DNA from: the human T2T-CHM13v2.0 reference genome, Homo sapiens
Strand: one strand, 5' to 3'
Assembly: GCF_009914755.1 (NCBI RefSeq)
Contig: NC_060929.1
Length of the DNA: 64,000 nucleotides
Every line of letters starts with the position of its first letter. Positions within the stretch are counted from its first letter, which is position 1. The notes under the pieces were generated by a model. That model was not told the DNA's origin. It was given only the letters and a program-made list of their open reading frames with translations, and did not search any database. Below are positions 14,597 to 28,593 of this stretch, in pieces. Position numbers and translations under genes: made by a program.

Positions 14597-15210
14597 ATAG
14601 ACCTACCATTGATCCAACAAACCCTCCCCTGGGTATCTATGCAAAGGAAAATGAATTATTATATTTAAAAAGACACCTACATTTGGATGTTTATCACACG
14701 ATTCACAACAACAAAGATACGGAATCAATGTAAGTGTCCATCAATGGATAACTGGATAAAGAAAATAGAGTGTATATAGACAACAGAATGCTTTTCAGCC
14801 ATGGAAAAGAATAAAATCTTGTCTTTTGCAGATACATGAGTGGAATTGGAAGCCATTATTTTAAATAAAATGAGTCAGACACAGAAAGACAAATACTGCA
14901 TGTTCTCACAAGTGGGAGTTAAATAATGTGTACACATGGACATATTTGGTTGGTGCAAAAGTAACTGCAGTTTTTGTAATGACAAATACGTTTGCACCAA
15001 CCTAATAGAATTTAGAATGACAGACAATGGAGACTCAGAAAGGTGGGGGGAATGGGAGGGAGTGAATGATGGGAAATTCCTTAATAGGTATAATATACAT
15101 TATTCCACTGATGGATACTCTGAAAGCCGTGACTTCACCACTACACAATATATCCATGTAATAAAATTACAGTTGTACCCCCATAGATTTATACAAATTA
15201 AAGAAAAAAC
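14597..15210 (+). mobile_element. L1PB-type LINE-1 3' end (ORF2 C-terminus remnant and 3' UTR)
   Basis: ctaccattgatccaaca...gacttcaccactacacaatatatccatgtaa...A-rich end. Confidence 0.88.
14945..15005. mobile_element. MADE1 (Hsmar1-derived mariner MITE), internally deleted
   Basis: TA-TTTGGTTGGTGCAAAAGTA...TACGTTTGCACCAACCTAA-TA: terminal inverted repeats plus TA duplication. Confidence 0.9.
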
Positions 15211-16959
15211 TTAATGCATGCTTTTTTCCTTATACCATCCTTGAGTATTTAAACGTAACAGCCTTTCTCTTCATTATTAAATGAGGATGATTTACAATCA
15301 CTAGGAGTCTTGTTTTGGCCATGAGAGGTGAATTGATTACTTTTCTTTGAAAAAAATTTTATCCATAAAACTTATGGTTTTCTGGAACTGAATAAGTGTT
15401 TGTTTCATCTATTTTTTGAACACAGAACAGCAAGTCAATCTTTATTTGATGGATTATCCTTCATGATTGCTCAGTATTACATTTCAGTTACAAGTTAGAT
15501 GCTGACTTAAAATCAAGCTCTTTGCCAGAACCTTATTACTCATTTTTCATTGTTTCCACTTTGTTTCAGAGACTTTCTAACTTTCAGAGCCGAAAGTAAA
15601 CTTATAAATTATCTATCCATTCATTTGTAATCAAGTTTTCTTTCAATTTTTGATAGTACTTTTTAGCAAGACTAGGATACATAATATAATTTTCAATGGA
15701 TAAAAGTCAAGGGACAATAAAATATTTGTGCCTACATTATATATCTTCTTTAGAGAGAAACTGAAAACAGTATTGAGAAGTCATTTAAACTTGGACCATC
15801 TAAGATTTGAAATGTGCACCTTCTTTAGCTGCTAATACCTTTTTTTTTTAAGTAGGAAATTTTCATTTGCTGAAATTCTGCAATTTGAAATTATTTGTTT
15901 CTCTTTTATTTAATACTCACTGAGTTCAGTACATTTACAACTTTTTTTTTCATGTGCTTGGCATAACTTCTGTTCTTGGCTATGTCCCCAAACTTCTGTA
16001 ACAATGGATCAGGTCTTTAAGTCCTTTTAAACTGAAGTAAAAATAGTTTCTTGACATTCATGCTTTGTCAGTAATGAATTGCCTTTTTTTAGGGGAGAAA
16101 TAAATTTTCTAGTTGATCTATTGTAAGACAGGCCAGCTCATCCATATTTGGGCAGGAAATATACTTGAACTTAATTTTAGAAAACTGAGAATTAATGAGT
16201 GATATAATATCTCCATGAGAACTCCTTACCCTGGTACATGAGAAAGCCAATCTAACCAAACAAACATTAAGGTATACTTCTTATATACTCGATGATGGCT
16301 ATACATGTATTTATTCTGATGTGTCTACAGGAGACGTCAAATAGAGATTGCTCTCTGTGGACTCTGGTTTCACTCTAACTCATAGCCTCTAGCAAAGCCT
16401 ATCCCCTGGCTTGGAATAGAACCTGGGAAAGAAGTATGCACTTCTCTGCTACAGAAGAAGTTGTAAGGTTGAGCATGAATGTTCAGAAACTCCTGTCTGC
16501 ATTACCAAAAAGTAATGGAGTTTTAGGTAAAAACTCCAAGGCTCAGGTAGTTTCAGGTTGAGTTCCCATTAGGATTTTGACATGAAACTGTTATATTTTT
16601 AATATCTGGTGAAGGAGAACACCACTTTTCTGAGAAATGTTCCCTCAATAGAAGAATTCTACTTTTAAAAAATGTTGCCTACCTATCTCTGAAAACACAC
16701 AGTCGATGGTAGCAGAGGTTCTGTAGCTGTGGAAGAGGACCTAGTGCTTAGAGGAAAGGCACCCAGTATAGACACAAAGTTTGCAAAAATCCAAAATGCC
16801 CACGGAACACCTGCCAGTCAATTTTTAGTTGTGAAGAATTATGTTTATATAATTTATTACAATTGGCACCATTTACCAATTCCTTTTCATGTATTTTATT
16901 ATAAGCAAATAACTCACAAGCATTTGAAAACTTTGACCTGTATGATTATTAATGTCCTC

Positions 16960-17460
16960 CATCTGCATAGTCCAATGTTCACCACTAGTCATATGTGACT
17001 GAGCACATATATTGTGGCAAGTGTGAATGAAGAACTAAAATTGTATTTTTAAACTTTTAATTAATTTAAATATAAATATAATAATTTAGCTATTGGAAGA
17101 ATTTTAAACACGTTACCAACAATTTGTGTATGTGGTCTCCTTTTTCATATGTAAATTTTATGAAATTTAAATACAAACAAAGTATTTGTGATGACAATTT
17201 AGCATGTAGATTTAAATGTTCATTAATGTAAAATACATACCAGTTTACAAATATTTAGAATAAAACAAAAATGTAATATGTCATTAATGTTTTTATACTG
17301 TTAAACATTTAAATGAGAATAATTTTGACATATTGGATTAAATAAAATATGTTTTTAAATTAATCCAAACAATTCCTTTTTATGTTTTTTAGTGTAGCTA
17401 CTAGAAATTTTAAAACTAAACATGTGGTTTATGTTATATTTCTAATAAATGGAGCCACCT
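16960..17460. mobile_element. Charlie1/MER33-family hAT DNA transposon
   Basis: gtccaat...cactagtcatatgtgactgagcac start; tgtagctactagaaattttaaaa...atatttcta end. Confidence 0.7.
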
Positions 17461-18736
17461 TAGACAATAATAAATCATGTACTCTGTCAAATGGTAGAGT
17501 TCCAGATTTAAACATTTTATGTTAGTTCAAAATTATAATATCACTTTCAACCAGTCAGTTAGATCACTTATACCAAAGCAAATTGGTGGTTCAATTTCTA
17601 AAATTCTTGTAATTGCTTACAAAGCATTTTAGGAGGCTAACGTATTTTCAAATAAACATTTGGGGGACCTAGTTATTCTCTCATCTTTTCCCATGGCTCA
17701 TTTTGTTGGCTTACACAGACATAATTCTACAAACTCTACAGCACAAATCTATTTTGTAACATCTCCCATTTCACCATGGAAGACATACTTAACCACTTAA
17801 ATCCTTCTGTAATTATATTATCAGGTAACCTATGTCATTAGTTCTCTTGCCTATAGAAAGATAGAACCCTCCTGATTTGAGACATCCTAAGCATATTCTG
17901 CCAAGGAAATGTCATCTGAACACACTATTTTCCACAAAGAAAGATGGAAAATTGCTCAAATGTTCTTTTCAAACTACTCATTACCCTTAAATTAGTTTAT
18001 AGTGGGTAAAAATAAATAGCAATAATTTTAAAAATAAGATACTCTTCCAATCTAAAAGCTATGACTTAGGTTGAATTTAAGAATTGAATTAAAGCATAGC
18101 AATAGCTCTCCAAATACAATGTTGCCAGATGCTGACTTTGAGAAATGGAGTAATAAAATATCTGAGCTCTCCTCCAGATGATTTAGTAGGGTCCCCTTAA
18201 AAAAAGTTCATGTCACAATTAATTGCTCCCTAGTTGGGCAAGACACAAGGTGGTTCAGAAAGAGATGATGTATTGCTTATGCTCCATTTTTAATTTATAT
18301 GAATAGCTGAACAGATGCCAGGAAAAAGTATATTTATGCATCAAGATAATTTGTTTTTTTAAAAGGTCTAGAAAATTAACCAAGCATTTTTGCAAAACTT
18401 TCAAAAAAGAAAACGTAGTCAAAGGCAAGTACAAAAAGAAATGGATATATTTCATGCTAGCAAAAACTAATTCAAAACTTCTAAAAATAGGTACAGATTG
18501 AACAACATAAAACATATGGGAGACTCTCACTCAGTAGATCCCTATGAAAACACAACAATGTTTTCCAAACTACTGAAGCAGGTGAGTCAAGAAAACTGCT
18601 TACCGGCACAGGTTTTAAAAGAACAATATTTGTTTTGCTGTTGTTTTAAAAACTGATGCTTATATAAATTTCGTTTATTCTTTTAGTCATTCATTTCATT
18701 CATTTATTTCTACTCTTTTCCCTTAAATCTCTATAT

Positions 18737-19094
18737 CAGGAGTCATCAAACTTTTTTTTTCTTTTTTTTTTTTTTTTTTGAAATGGAGTCTCGCTCTGTC
18801 TCCCAGGCTGGAGTGCAGTGGTGCAGTGTTGCGATCTTGGCTCACTGCAACCTCCGCCTCCCGGGTTCAAGCGATTCCCCTGCCTCAGCCTCCCGCAAAC
18901 TTTTTTAAATAATAAACATTTTAGGTTTGAGGTTCTTATTGTCTCTGTTAATATTACTCCTCTGCCATCATAGCACAAATGCAGCCAGTGACGATACATG
19001 AAAGAATGGGCTTGGCTGTGTCCCAATAAAACTTTATTTACAAAATGGACTATGAGAGATGTTCAGATCCTAGAGTCACAGCTGGCTCACCCCG
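18737..19094 (+). mobile_element. MER58A interrupted by a truncated Alu
   Basis: caggagtcatcaaacttttt...ggctgtgtcccaataaaactttatttacaaaa...accccg; near-TSD ctctatat/atctatat. Confidence 0.8.
18758..18895 (-). mobile_element. 5'-truncated AluS (right arm only) with TSD
   Basis: T tail plus right arm, flanked by caaactttttt at 18747 and 18896. Confidence 0.92.
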
Positions 19095-20569
19095 ATCTAT
19101 ATTTTGAACAACTGACCTTGTCAATTTAATTTTTATTATCATAATATTTTCTTGAGTATTCTCCTGAGGTAGATGAGTACAGTGTACATTTTTAGTTTTG
19201 CCTGCTTGACTTTCATTCCTTTTTTTCTGTTAATAGATGTTCCTTGGGGAATCCTGCTTTCAACTTTTATCCATTTTAAATAGCTATTGGAGTTAACTCA
19301 GGGATGACAAGATGAAGCAACCAGGACATCAGAACCAGTAATGCTAACTGCAGGATTTTTGTGAAACTCTTTGGAGAAAAAGTTCATCCTCTTTCTACTA
19401 GAAACTAATAAGATGTATGTCTAGAGCCACCGATAATCATCATGTTTCTGTATCAGGACAGCCTATATGAGAATGTCCAACACAGAACCAAGAGATGGAC
19501 TGAGACTCAATCCTGATGGCATATTACTTAATCTCCTGGATCCACCTGTGTTTGAAGTCAGAATCATTTCAATTGCATAAAAGAATGCATTCTCTTTTTG
19601 TCTGAATTAGTTTAAATTTTTTTCTGCCTCTTGCATGCAACAAGTACTAAAAAAAAATTGAGAAATTACCATAATATCTTAAGCCTTCTAAGTCCTAGCT
19701 CTGGGATTCAAACTTCCCAGGTAAGCCTTGACTTCTTCATCTATATATTTAGGAGGCCAGAGATAGTAACATTGTGTCCTTTTGTCCACATGTTCTGTCC
19801 TAGGCAGAGTTAATTATATGAATAAAAGGAAAACAGTAAGACTGTAAAGCTATTCACATCTCATCAAATATGATGCCCTGTTTGTATCTGTTCTTCCATT
19901 GGAAAAGTTACTCATCTCACACTGCTCTAAATAATTTCAAACCTTGCATTATGAAGGAGAAGACAAAAACTGAATATGTATAAGTGGAAAGAAATGCTAT
20001 GGTCCATTTGAGAATACCTAATTAACATTTCCAGCAAATTTTGCTTTTAATTTTATTATAATGCTTTGTGCTCACATCATTATTACAGTAACTAAACCCA
20101 GCTGACTTTGCTATTGAACTTCTTAACATAAATATACGTAACTATATTTTGGCTTTTCTCTGATAATCTCAGATACAGACTATTAGTTTCTATAGACAAG
20201 TCAGGATGAAGATTAATTTTGGAGAAAAATTCTAGTCACATTAAAGTCTAAAATCTAATAGGAGTAATTCTTGCATTTGATTTCACATATTATACAAGTC
20301 TATCTTTTAACAACCATTATATTCATCTTCTTTCCCAATATTAAGCTGTATTTTCCTTGAAGGTAGAGAGGTATATCACTAGTTTTTGCCCTTGCAGGAA
20401 CTATCATAGTTTCTATCATGTAGAAAGGAGTCAGCATCCATTTAATTGAATTATTTTTTATGAGACACATTCATATTTTTTTTGCCTGCATCCATATTAT
20501 AAAGACTTGGAAGGCAAGCACTAACCATTTTAAATGAATGAGATAAACACCCTCCTTATCTCCTGCCAG

Positions 20570-21040
20570 TATGTTGCTGTTTCATTCAGTTTCCCCAGTA
20601 ATAGACCAGAGATGGTCTAGATTCAATTCCAGGTACTGGAAGCAATGGTGAAACAGAGGAAAATGTAAAAAAAGCAATGGTGAGGGAGAAAAGTGGTCCA
20701 TGAAAGGAAACACAGTCAGTAAACAGAGTGATTATTAAGCTAATGAAGAGGGTGACCTGAGCTTAATTCCACTGAGCCAAACTTTGGAAAAGGTGGTAAA
20801 TACATTTCAGGGAATTTTACCACTTGAAGCATGGAAGCTAGAGTATTTATACAGCAAGTCCCTGCAGTCATTGCTTGAGGGCTGATCCATAGGGAGGTAA
20901 TTTCCTCTCATTTCTACTCTCCTTGTTCCAGGAAAAGCCTTTAAGTATAGAAATGGTATGGGAGCTGGGCATTAGCCTGGGCACCCCAAAATCTTGGGCC
21001 TGAGGGATACAGGTGGTGCACTAACAGAGGGCCTGCTGTA
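20570..21040. mobile_element. LTR16-like ERVL LTR remnant
   Basis: gctagagtatttatac...gtcattgcttgagggctg motifs; degenerate. Confidence 0.4.
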
Positions 21041-22504
21041 TCCATCTTGCCTCTCCTTTTTCCACCTGTGCTGTGCAATATTCTAAAAAATAATTATTAA
21101 AAAATCTAACTTACTAAGCTTCCTTATTCAAAAACCTTCAATGAGTCTCACTTTGGTTTTATGAAATCTAAAATCTTCCCTGGATTATCCTTTTTTTGTC
21201 TTCTATGTTCCTCTGTGGCAAAAAAAAAAAAAACACCTGTTCGAAAATAAATAACCGAATTTCAGATGCATGTCTGTTTGGATTAAAGAAGCATACACTG
21301 AAACATATTAGTGACTTTCCAATGTGGTAGGTTTCTCTCCTTGTCCATGGTACCCAGAGAATTCACCAACACACAGAAGGTCTCCAATTTCTACTGAAGG
21401 CATAAGTATCATAATATTTTCAAACTATTTAAAGTACCATCAAAACTTGTACAAGATTCATACATCTAGTGTTTGTTGAGCAATGTTACACTTGAAACCT
21501 CTTTCGTGCTTTGTTAAATAAAAATCATATTTAATTACCTCTTGGATTATGGAAATAAAGAAGTTTATTCAATTATTATTTTAATAAACATAATTCCTAC
21601 TTAAGATACCTAACAGCACTAGTCCATAATCCTAATGAACATTGCTAATAATAGCCTGACATTTTAACTATATTATAGCCCCCTTTTCTCTTCTCTTTAC
21701 TATATAATGTAACATTCCTTTTAAGAGCTGAATAATATTCTTAACTTCTACTGCCAAATTTATAAACATGTCTTGCTACAATTATTTATAAAGAATAACA
21801 GCTTGCTTTCCCAAGCAGGCTTCTTGAGGCAACAGTGCATCGGATTTTTCCGCAGGCTTGTGCTGTAGAAACTTCATGGTCTAGAGGAGTTTAATTGACA
21901 ATAGCCGTTCCATGTGTGTTCTCTGGCCCTGCTTGACCTGAAGCAGCTTGTTTCTCCTTCCAAGAGCTAGAGGTTATGGTGGATTGTAATGAATTGATCT
22001 AGCAAGTATTAATAGATCAACCAGCTATCCCTCTAATCTAACAGTAGTAATCCACTTAACCATCTGCTGACTCAAGTAGGACACGATTCATTATTGAAGA
22101 AAATAATGTTTTGTGAGTCACATTTTAAAATACATTTTTGGTGACAAACATAATTGTGGGCCATTTTGAAAAATGAAGCAAGCATATTTCTTTAAATATA
22201 AATTCCATTTTTAAATGGAATTCTGTTCACATATCTCCAGTCATCTTTCTGTGAATATAGATAAATAGAATAATATTAAACACCACGTTGTTATCTGACC
22301 TAATTTTTTCTCTTCGTACACCACCAACACTCTTCCATGTCAGTAAATACAGCTCACATCATTTCAATGACTGCATATTATTTCATAGTATAGGTATACC
22401 TTATTCATTTAAATGTTCACTTTTGATGTTTATATTGCATGCAATATTATAGATTTGTAAAGGTACAAATATCTTAGCAAATACTTTTGATTAACTTAAA
22501 AATA

Positions 22505-22745
22505 GATAGGTAATTTACTATGTGCCAGCAACTGTTCCAAAAACTTTATCAATATTAACTTGCTTAATCCTTATAACAGCTCTACGAGGTAGATACTACT
22601 CTTTATTTATTTCTACAAATGAAGAAACTGAGTTGCAGAGAGGCTAGGTAAGTAATTCAAAGTTACACATGTACTATATGAAAGATCTTGTTGTCTAACC
22701 CAGGCATCCTCACCTCAAGATTTGTTCTCTTACCCACTGTAGTAA
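22505..22745 (-). mobile_element. MIR within an old L1M remnant
   Basis: ttactatgtgccag...aatgaagaaactgagttgcagagagg. Confidence 0.75.
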
Positions 22746-23373
22746 GTTAGCTTAAGGTATTTATGTCTCAATATTATGCTTTACATTTAGTTATTATATT
22801 AAATTCCTAAAAATCTTATGCCTACTATCAACCATTCCACCAGAATATCTGAACCAATTTACAATGCCTCCAGCAATCCATGCCCAGAATAACATTAATA
22901 TTTATTATGAAACTTTTATTTCTTGACATACTGACTGGTGGCAGAGGCTACTTCATACAATTTTAATTTCTACTTTTTTACTTTCTAGTGAGGTTGAGTA
23001 TTCTTTGATATATCTAGTAGTCACTTTAGATGGGTATGCTGTTGAGATAAATGAGCACCAGTAGCATGGTTTTGCATCCACTTAAAAGATTTAGTACAAT
23101 CATATGCATATAACTATACTTAAACTTCTAAATCTTGCATATAGTTCAACCATAGGCCAATCATTTATTTGATGATCCACAGAGATGAATAAAGTTTAGT
23201 CTTAAAATAACAAAAAGAATATTACTAAAATTATAGCATTCTATTATCTAGCTTTTTTAAAAATAGTGATCCTCATATTATGCAACTTTTAAATCTGCAT
23301 ACAAAAATATTCCATGGACACATGTTTTCTACCTCTAATTTGAATATTCACCCTGTTCACTCATACTCTAGCC

Positions 23374-23699
23374 CAGCATTGTTCAATAGAAATATAAAGT
23401 GAACTATATAGGCAATTTTAAATTTTCTAGTAGCCACATTAAAAACAGGAAGAGTGACATGTAAAGTTAGTTTTAATGAAATAATTTACTTATCATTTAA
23501 ACATATAATCAATATAATTAAGTTATTTAAATAAACATTTAACCAATATGTAAATTAATGATATATTTTTCTTCTTTGGTACTGAGTCTTTGGGATCCAG
23601 TGTGTATTTTACACTCATGGCACATATTTATTTGGACTAGCCACATTTTAAGTAATCAATAGCCATGTATGGTCAATCACATTGCATTGGACAGCACAG
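23374..23699. mobile_element. MER33 (hAT-Charlie)
   Basis: CAGCATTGTTCAATAGAAA...TTGGACAGCACAG, 326 bp; 8-bp TSD ctctagcc/ctctagtc. Confidence 0.88.
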
Positions 23700-24409
23700 C
23701 TCTAGTCCTTTTTACCTCCAGCATCCATCCCTCATTATTTTCCTTTAAATTAGCTTTTTAGGGTATTAAAAAGATGTTTATTTGTCAGCAAGGACAGATG
23801 TTTCCAGGAAACTGTATGCTCTTATTAGTGCTGTTTGCACATTTTTATCTATTTTGACTCTTGGCAGGGTTTTGAGATAATAAATTTATAGCATCATTCT
23901 TCTTGCAGTATTATCTGCTCCAAAATCTATATACAAGCTTTGGCATTCTTTTAAGACCTCTCATTGAAAAACACTAAGTAATGGCCCTAGGTATGTCACT
24001 AACCAGCTGTGTATACTTGAGCAACCCAAGCTGCCTGTTTTCATCTATGTAGGAAATACATAGTCCAAGCAAAACAGTGAATTGGGCTTTAGTTCCTAAG
24101 ATCCTTTCAGGGATCATTGCTGACGATAAGCTAGGTGGCCCTGAGAAAGTCACTGAAGTTCTCATTTTCCTCATCTATCAAAAGGAGATGATACTAACCT
24201 ATTAAAGGTGATGTTAGAACAGAAGTATATATGTTTACTCAGTATTGGACACTCAGTTGCATTTATCATTTATGAATTATTGCCTGCAAATTTCTTCATC
24301 TGCAAAGTGAGTGTTGGATTTGAACTAGAATGCTCTCCAAGATCCTTTCCAATTAAAACATTAAATAATTTAGTAAAATTTATGGAAACAATAGCATGTG
24401 GATGATAGA

Positions 24410-25440
24410 AGTTAATCTAAAAAAAAACTAAAAAGCTTCTGCATACCAAAAGAAATAATCAGCACAATAAACAACAACCTACAGAATGGGAGAAAATATT
24501 TTCAATCTATATATCTAAAAGAAGGCTGACATCCAGAATATATAAAGAATGCAAACAGAGCTCAACAAGAAAAAGAAAACCCATTAAAAAGTGGGCAAAG
24601 GACATGAACAGGCATATCTAAAAAGAAAACATACTAACAGGTAACAAATATATGAAAAAATGCTCAATATCACTAATCAACAGAGAAATGCAAATTAAAA
24701 CCATAATGATATAACATCTCACATCAGTCAGCATGACTTCTATTAAAAAAATTAAAAAAACAACAGATGTTGGTGAGGATGCAGAGAAAGGGGAATTCTT
24801 ATACATTGGTGAAATGTAAATTAGTACAACCTTTATGGAAGACACTATGGAGATTTCTTAAAGAGCCAAAGATAGAACTACCATTTGATCCAGCAATCTC
24901 ATTACCGGGTATTTACTCAAAGGAAAATAAATCATTTTACCAAAAAGACATCTGCCCTGTTATGTTCATGACAACAGTATTCACAATAGCAAAGTCATGG
25001 AATCAACCTGAGTGTCTGCCAGAGGATGATTAGATTCAGAATGTGGTGTGCATAGGTTACACACACACACACCATGGGATTCTATGCAGCCATAAAAAAT
25101 GAAATAATGTCTTTGCAGCAACATGGATGGAGCTCGGGGCCATTATCCTTAGTGAAATGACTCACAAACCAAAATTCAAAAACCACATGTTCTCACTTGG
25201 GAGCTAAACAATGGGTACACACGGACATACAGAGTAGAATAATAGATATTAGAGATTCCAAATGGTGGGAGGGTAGAAGGAGAGTGATAGAAGAAATACC
25301 ATCTATTGGGAGCAATGTACATTATTCAAGTGATAGGTGCACTAAAAGCCCAGATTTCACCACTACACAGTATATCCACATAACACAACTGCACTTATAG
25401 CCCTAAATCCATAAAAATAAAAAATGTGATTTCAAAAAAA
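24410..25440 (+). mobile_element. L1PB-type LINE-1 3' fragment
   Basis: ORF2 C-terminal remnant (ORF 24767: [24 protein letters not shown]), L1PB 3' UTR and A-rich tail. Confidence 0.92.
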
Positions 25441-25676
25441 GAAATATGATGTGATACAATGGCCCAAAAAATAATAAAAATGAAATAAATAAGATTTTAA
25501 CAATTCCTCCCTCACTTCTCACCATAGGAGATGGCATGTTAGTTTTGTTTCCTTGATGGGTATACAAACAGCATAGGTATTGGGGCAGGAACAGCAGGTT
25601 TTTGTATCAGGCAGACATTGAGTAGGGTACTTCTTAGAGGCAACAGTCAGGGATGATAGTCAACATATTTAACAAC

Positions 25677-25865
25677 TGTTAAATTATGGGCATCAATCAA
25701 TGTGAATAGCTGCTGCACCCAATCAATGTGAATAGCTGCTGCACCCAATCAAAATTATAAGCACCAACCAATGTGAATTATGTTAAATTATGGGTGCCAA
25801 CCAACGTGAATCATGTTAAATTATGGGCACCAACCAATGTGAATAGCTGCTGTGCCCAATCAAAA
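25677..25865. repeat. Mosaic minisatellite (26- and 33-bp periods)
   Basis: Core caa(t/c)caa(t/c)gtgaat at 25694, 25720, 25765, 25798 and 25831. Confidence 0.9.
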
Positions 25866-26998
25866 GGGAAGGAAGTTCCATGTGAACCACCTATTATAGA
25901 CACACTTTTGTGTCAGCATGAGTATCAGCACTGGCAGAAAGGCAGGTGGTAGGGCAAAGATTGAGCTCTGAAGACTTATTTCATGTGTGACATCGAATCC
26001 GTAACTTAAACTCACAACATTGTGACATTCTCATCTGTAAAATGGGGTATGTTTGCAAGATAGATACTACCCAAAGATAACTAATTCTAGGATAAAGACA
26101 TTTTAAACAATAAATCTACCAAAGATATCTATGGTAAAAATAAGTTTGGTTGGAACTTATCTTGAACGAAAAACTGAAATCATTTATTTCAACGAATACT
26201 TAGGAAAATTAAAATTTCCCTAGTATTCAGAACAAAGAATAAATAATTGATTGCTTGAAGAGGAAGAAATTTGGGTTATTTTGCCCACCAAAAATGTACA
26301 ATAACATATTTTCCACTTCAGTGATGAGTCTGACAGCACATACCTACAGGTCATTTTGAAAAACAGTATTATAGATGTTCATCAGTTATTCCAAGGACTG
26401 CTCTTAATTCTTTGTCATTTTTATCATTCTCATTTGAATTCCTATTGTTGTGGATTAACATTATATTTATTTTGTATTTTTCAAAATTTACTATATCTGA
26501 TCATTGGTTAGAAAAATCAACAATACACAGGTTCAAGCTATTGTGTTAAACAGAGAGTGCTGTTTAAATGAAAACTAACTTTATTAGTCCTCTCTTCACT
26601 AGTTACCATTTCAATCCTTTTAAAAGTTTTTGCCTCCATGAGAAACTTCATAACTCTAGGCATGTGGAAAACAAATACTTATGTAATAAGAATCTTGTAG
26701 ATAAATCACTTGCGAACCTAGTGAGGACCAAATAAAATAATATCAATTAGAATTAGAACACAGTAAGAGTGCAATAAAAGCCACATGCTAGTAATCTTCC
26801 ATTTGATTTCACTGTGTAGATACCAGTCTTTGAATACCAAGAATGCACAGTAACACTAGGAAGAAAGCCATGTGAGTGTCTCTTCTCTTGCCCTCTCTAT
26901 GGTGACAATGTCTCTAACTGCCAATGAGTCAGCTAAAAATAATTTTTTAATACCTCGCCATTTGACCATAAATAGCTATCCTATGCAAAGGCATTTTA

Positions 26999-27311
<313 letters not shown>

Positions 27312-27540
27312 TTAACTTTATAATTTTTTGTAGCTTACACATGTTACAATTCCACAAATATGTATAACTGAAATATATTCAAGATCTATGTACTATAAAA
27401 TTCCATTTGACATCTTACACAATTTTTATACCTTAACAATCTTCATTTCCTTATAAGAATTTCCTTATAAGAATCATTTTAGTATCTGTAGTTTATGTTT
27501 GCTTCATATTTTTTAAGCATCTCATTAAAAATCACCTATT

Positions 27541-28593
27541 ATTTTTTCCTTCATTTCACCCTTGGTGAATCTGACGATTATGCGTCTTTGGGTTGCTCTT
27601 CTCGAGGAGTATCTTTGTGGTGTTCTCTATATTTCCTGAATTTGAATGTTGGCCTGTCTTGCTAGGCTAGGGAAGATCTCCTGGATAATATCCTGAAGTG
27701 TGCTTTCCAACTTGATTCCATTCTCCCTGTCACTTTCAGGTACACCAATCAAACGTAAGTTTGGTCTTTTCACACAGTCCCATATTTCTTTGAGGCTTTG
27801 TTCATTCCCTTTCATTTTTTTTCTCTAATCTTGTCTTCACGCTTTATTTCATTAAGTTAATCTTCAATCTCTGATATCCTTTCTTCCGCTTGATTAATTC
27901 GGCTATTGGTACTTGTGTATGCTTCACGAAGTTCTCGTGCTGTGTTTTTCAGCTCCATCAGGTCATTTATGTTCTTCTCTAAACTGGTTATTCTAGTTAG
28001 CAATTCCTCTAACCTTTTTTAAAGGTTCTTAGCTTCCTTGCATTGGGTTACAACATGCTCCTTTAGCTCAGAAGAGTTTATTACCCACCTTCTGAAGCCT
28101 ACTTCTGACAATTTGTCAAACTCATTCTCCATCCAGTTTGTTGGTTTTCCTTTTACCAATCAGGCCCCTCTGCTGCAGGTCTGCTGGAGTTTGCTGGAGG
28201 TCCACTCCAGACCCTGTTTGCCTAGGTATCACCAGCGGAGGCTGCAGAACAGCAAATATTGCTGCCTGTTCCTTCCTCTGGAAGCTTCGTCCCAGAGGGC
28301 CACCCACCAGATGCCAGCTGGAGCTTTCCTGTATGAGGTGTCTGTCGACCCCTGCCAGGAGGTGGTTTCCAATCAGGAGGCACAGGCATCAGGGACCCAC
28401 TTGAGGAAGCAGTCTGTCCCTTTGCAGAGCTCAAGCACTGTGCTGGGAGATCTACTGCTCTCTTCAGAGCCAGCAGGCAGGAATGTTTAAGTCTGCAAAG
28501 CTGTGTCCACAGCCACCCCTTCCCCTAGTTGTTCTGTCCCAGGGAGATGGGAGTTTTAATTATAAGCCCCTGACTTGGGCTGCTGCCTTTCAT
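27541..28593 (-). mobile_element. L1PA (PA7/PA8-like) internal fragment: part of the 5' UTR plus 5' ORF1
   Basis: ORF 27627-27815 is ORF1p-like (EIWDCVKRPNLRLIGVPE); L1 5' UTR motifs at 28150-28590; no poly(A). Confidence 0.92.

Noticed and set aside
25677-25865. CRISPR-like repeat/spacer appearance
   Set aside because: The intervening segments are themselves repeated, spacing is irregular, there are no cas genes and the DNA is primate; it is a minisatellite.
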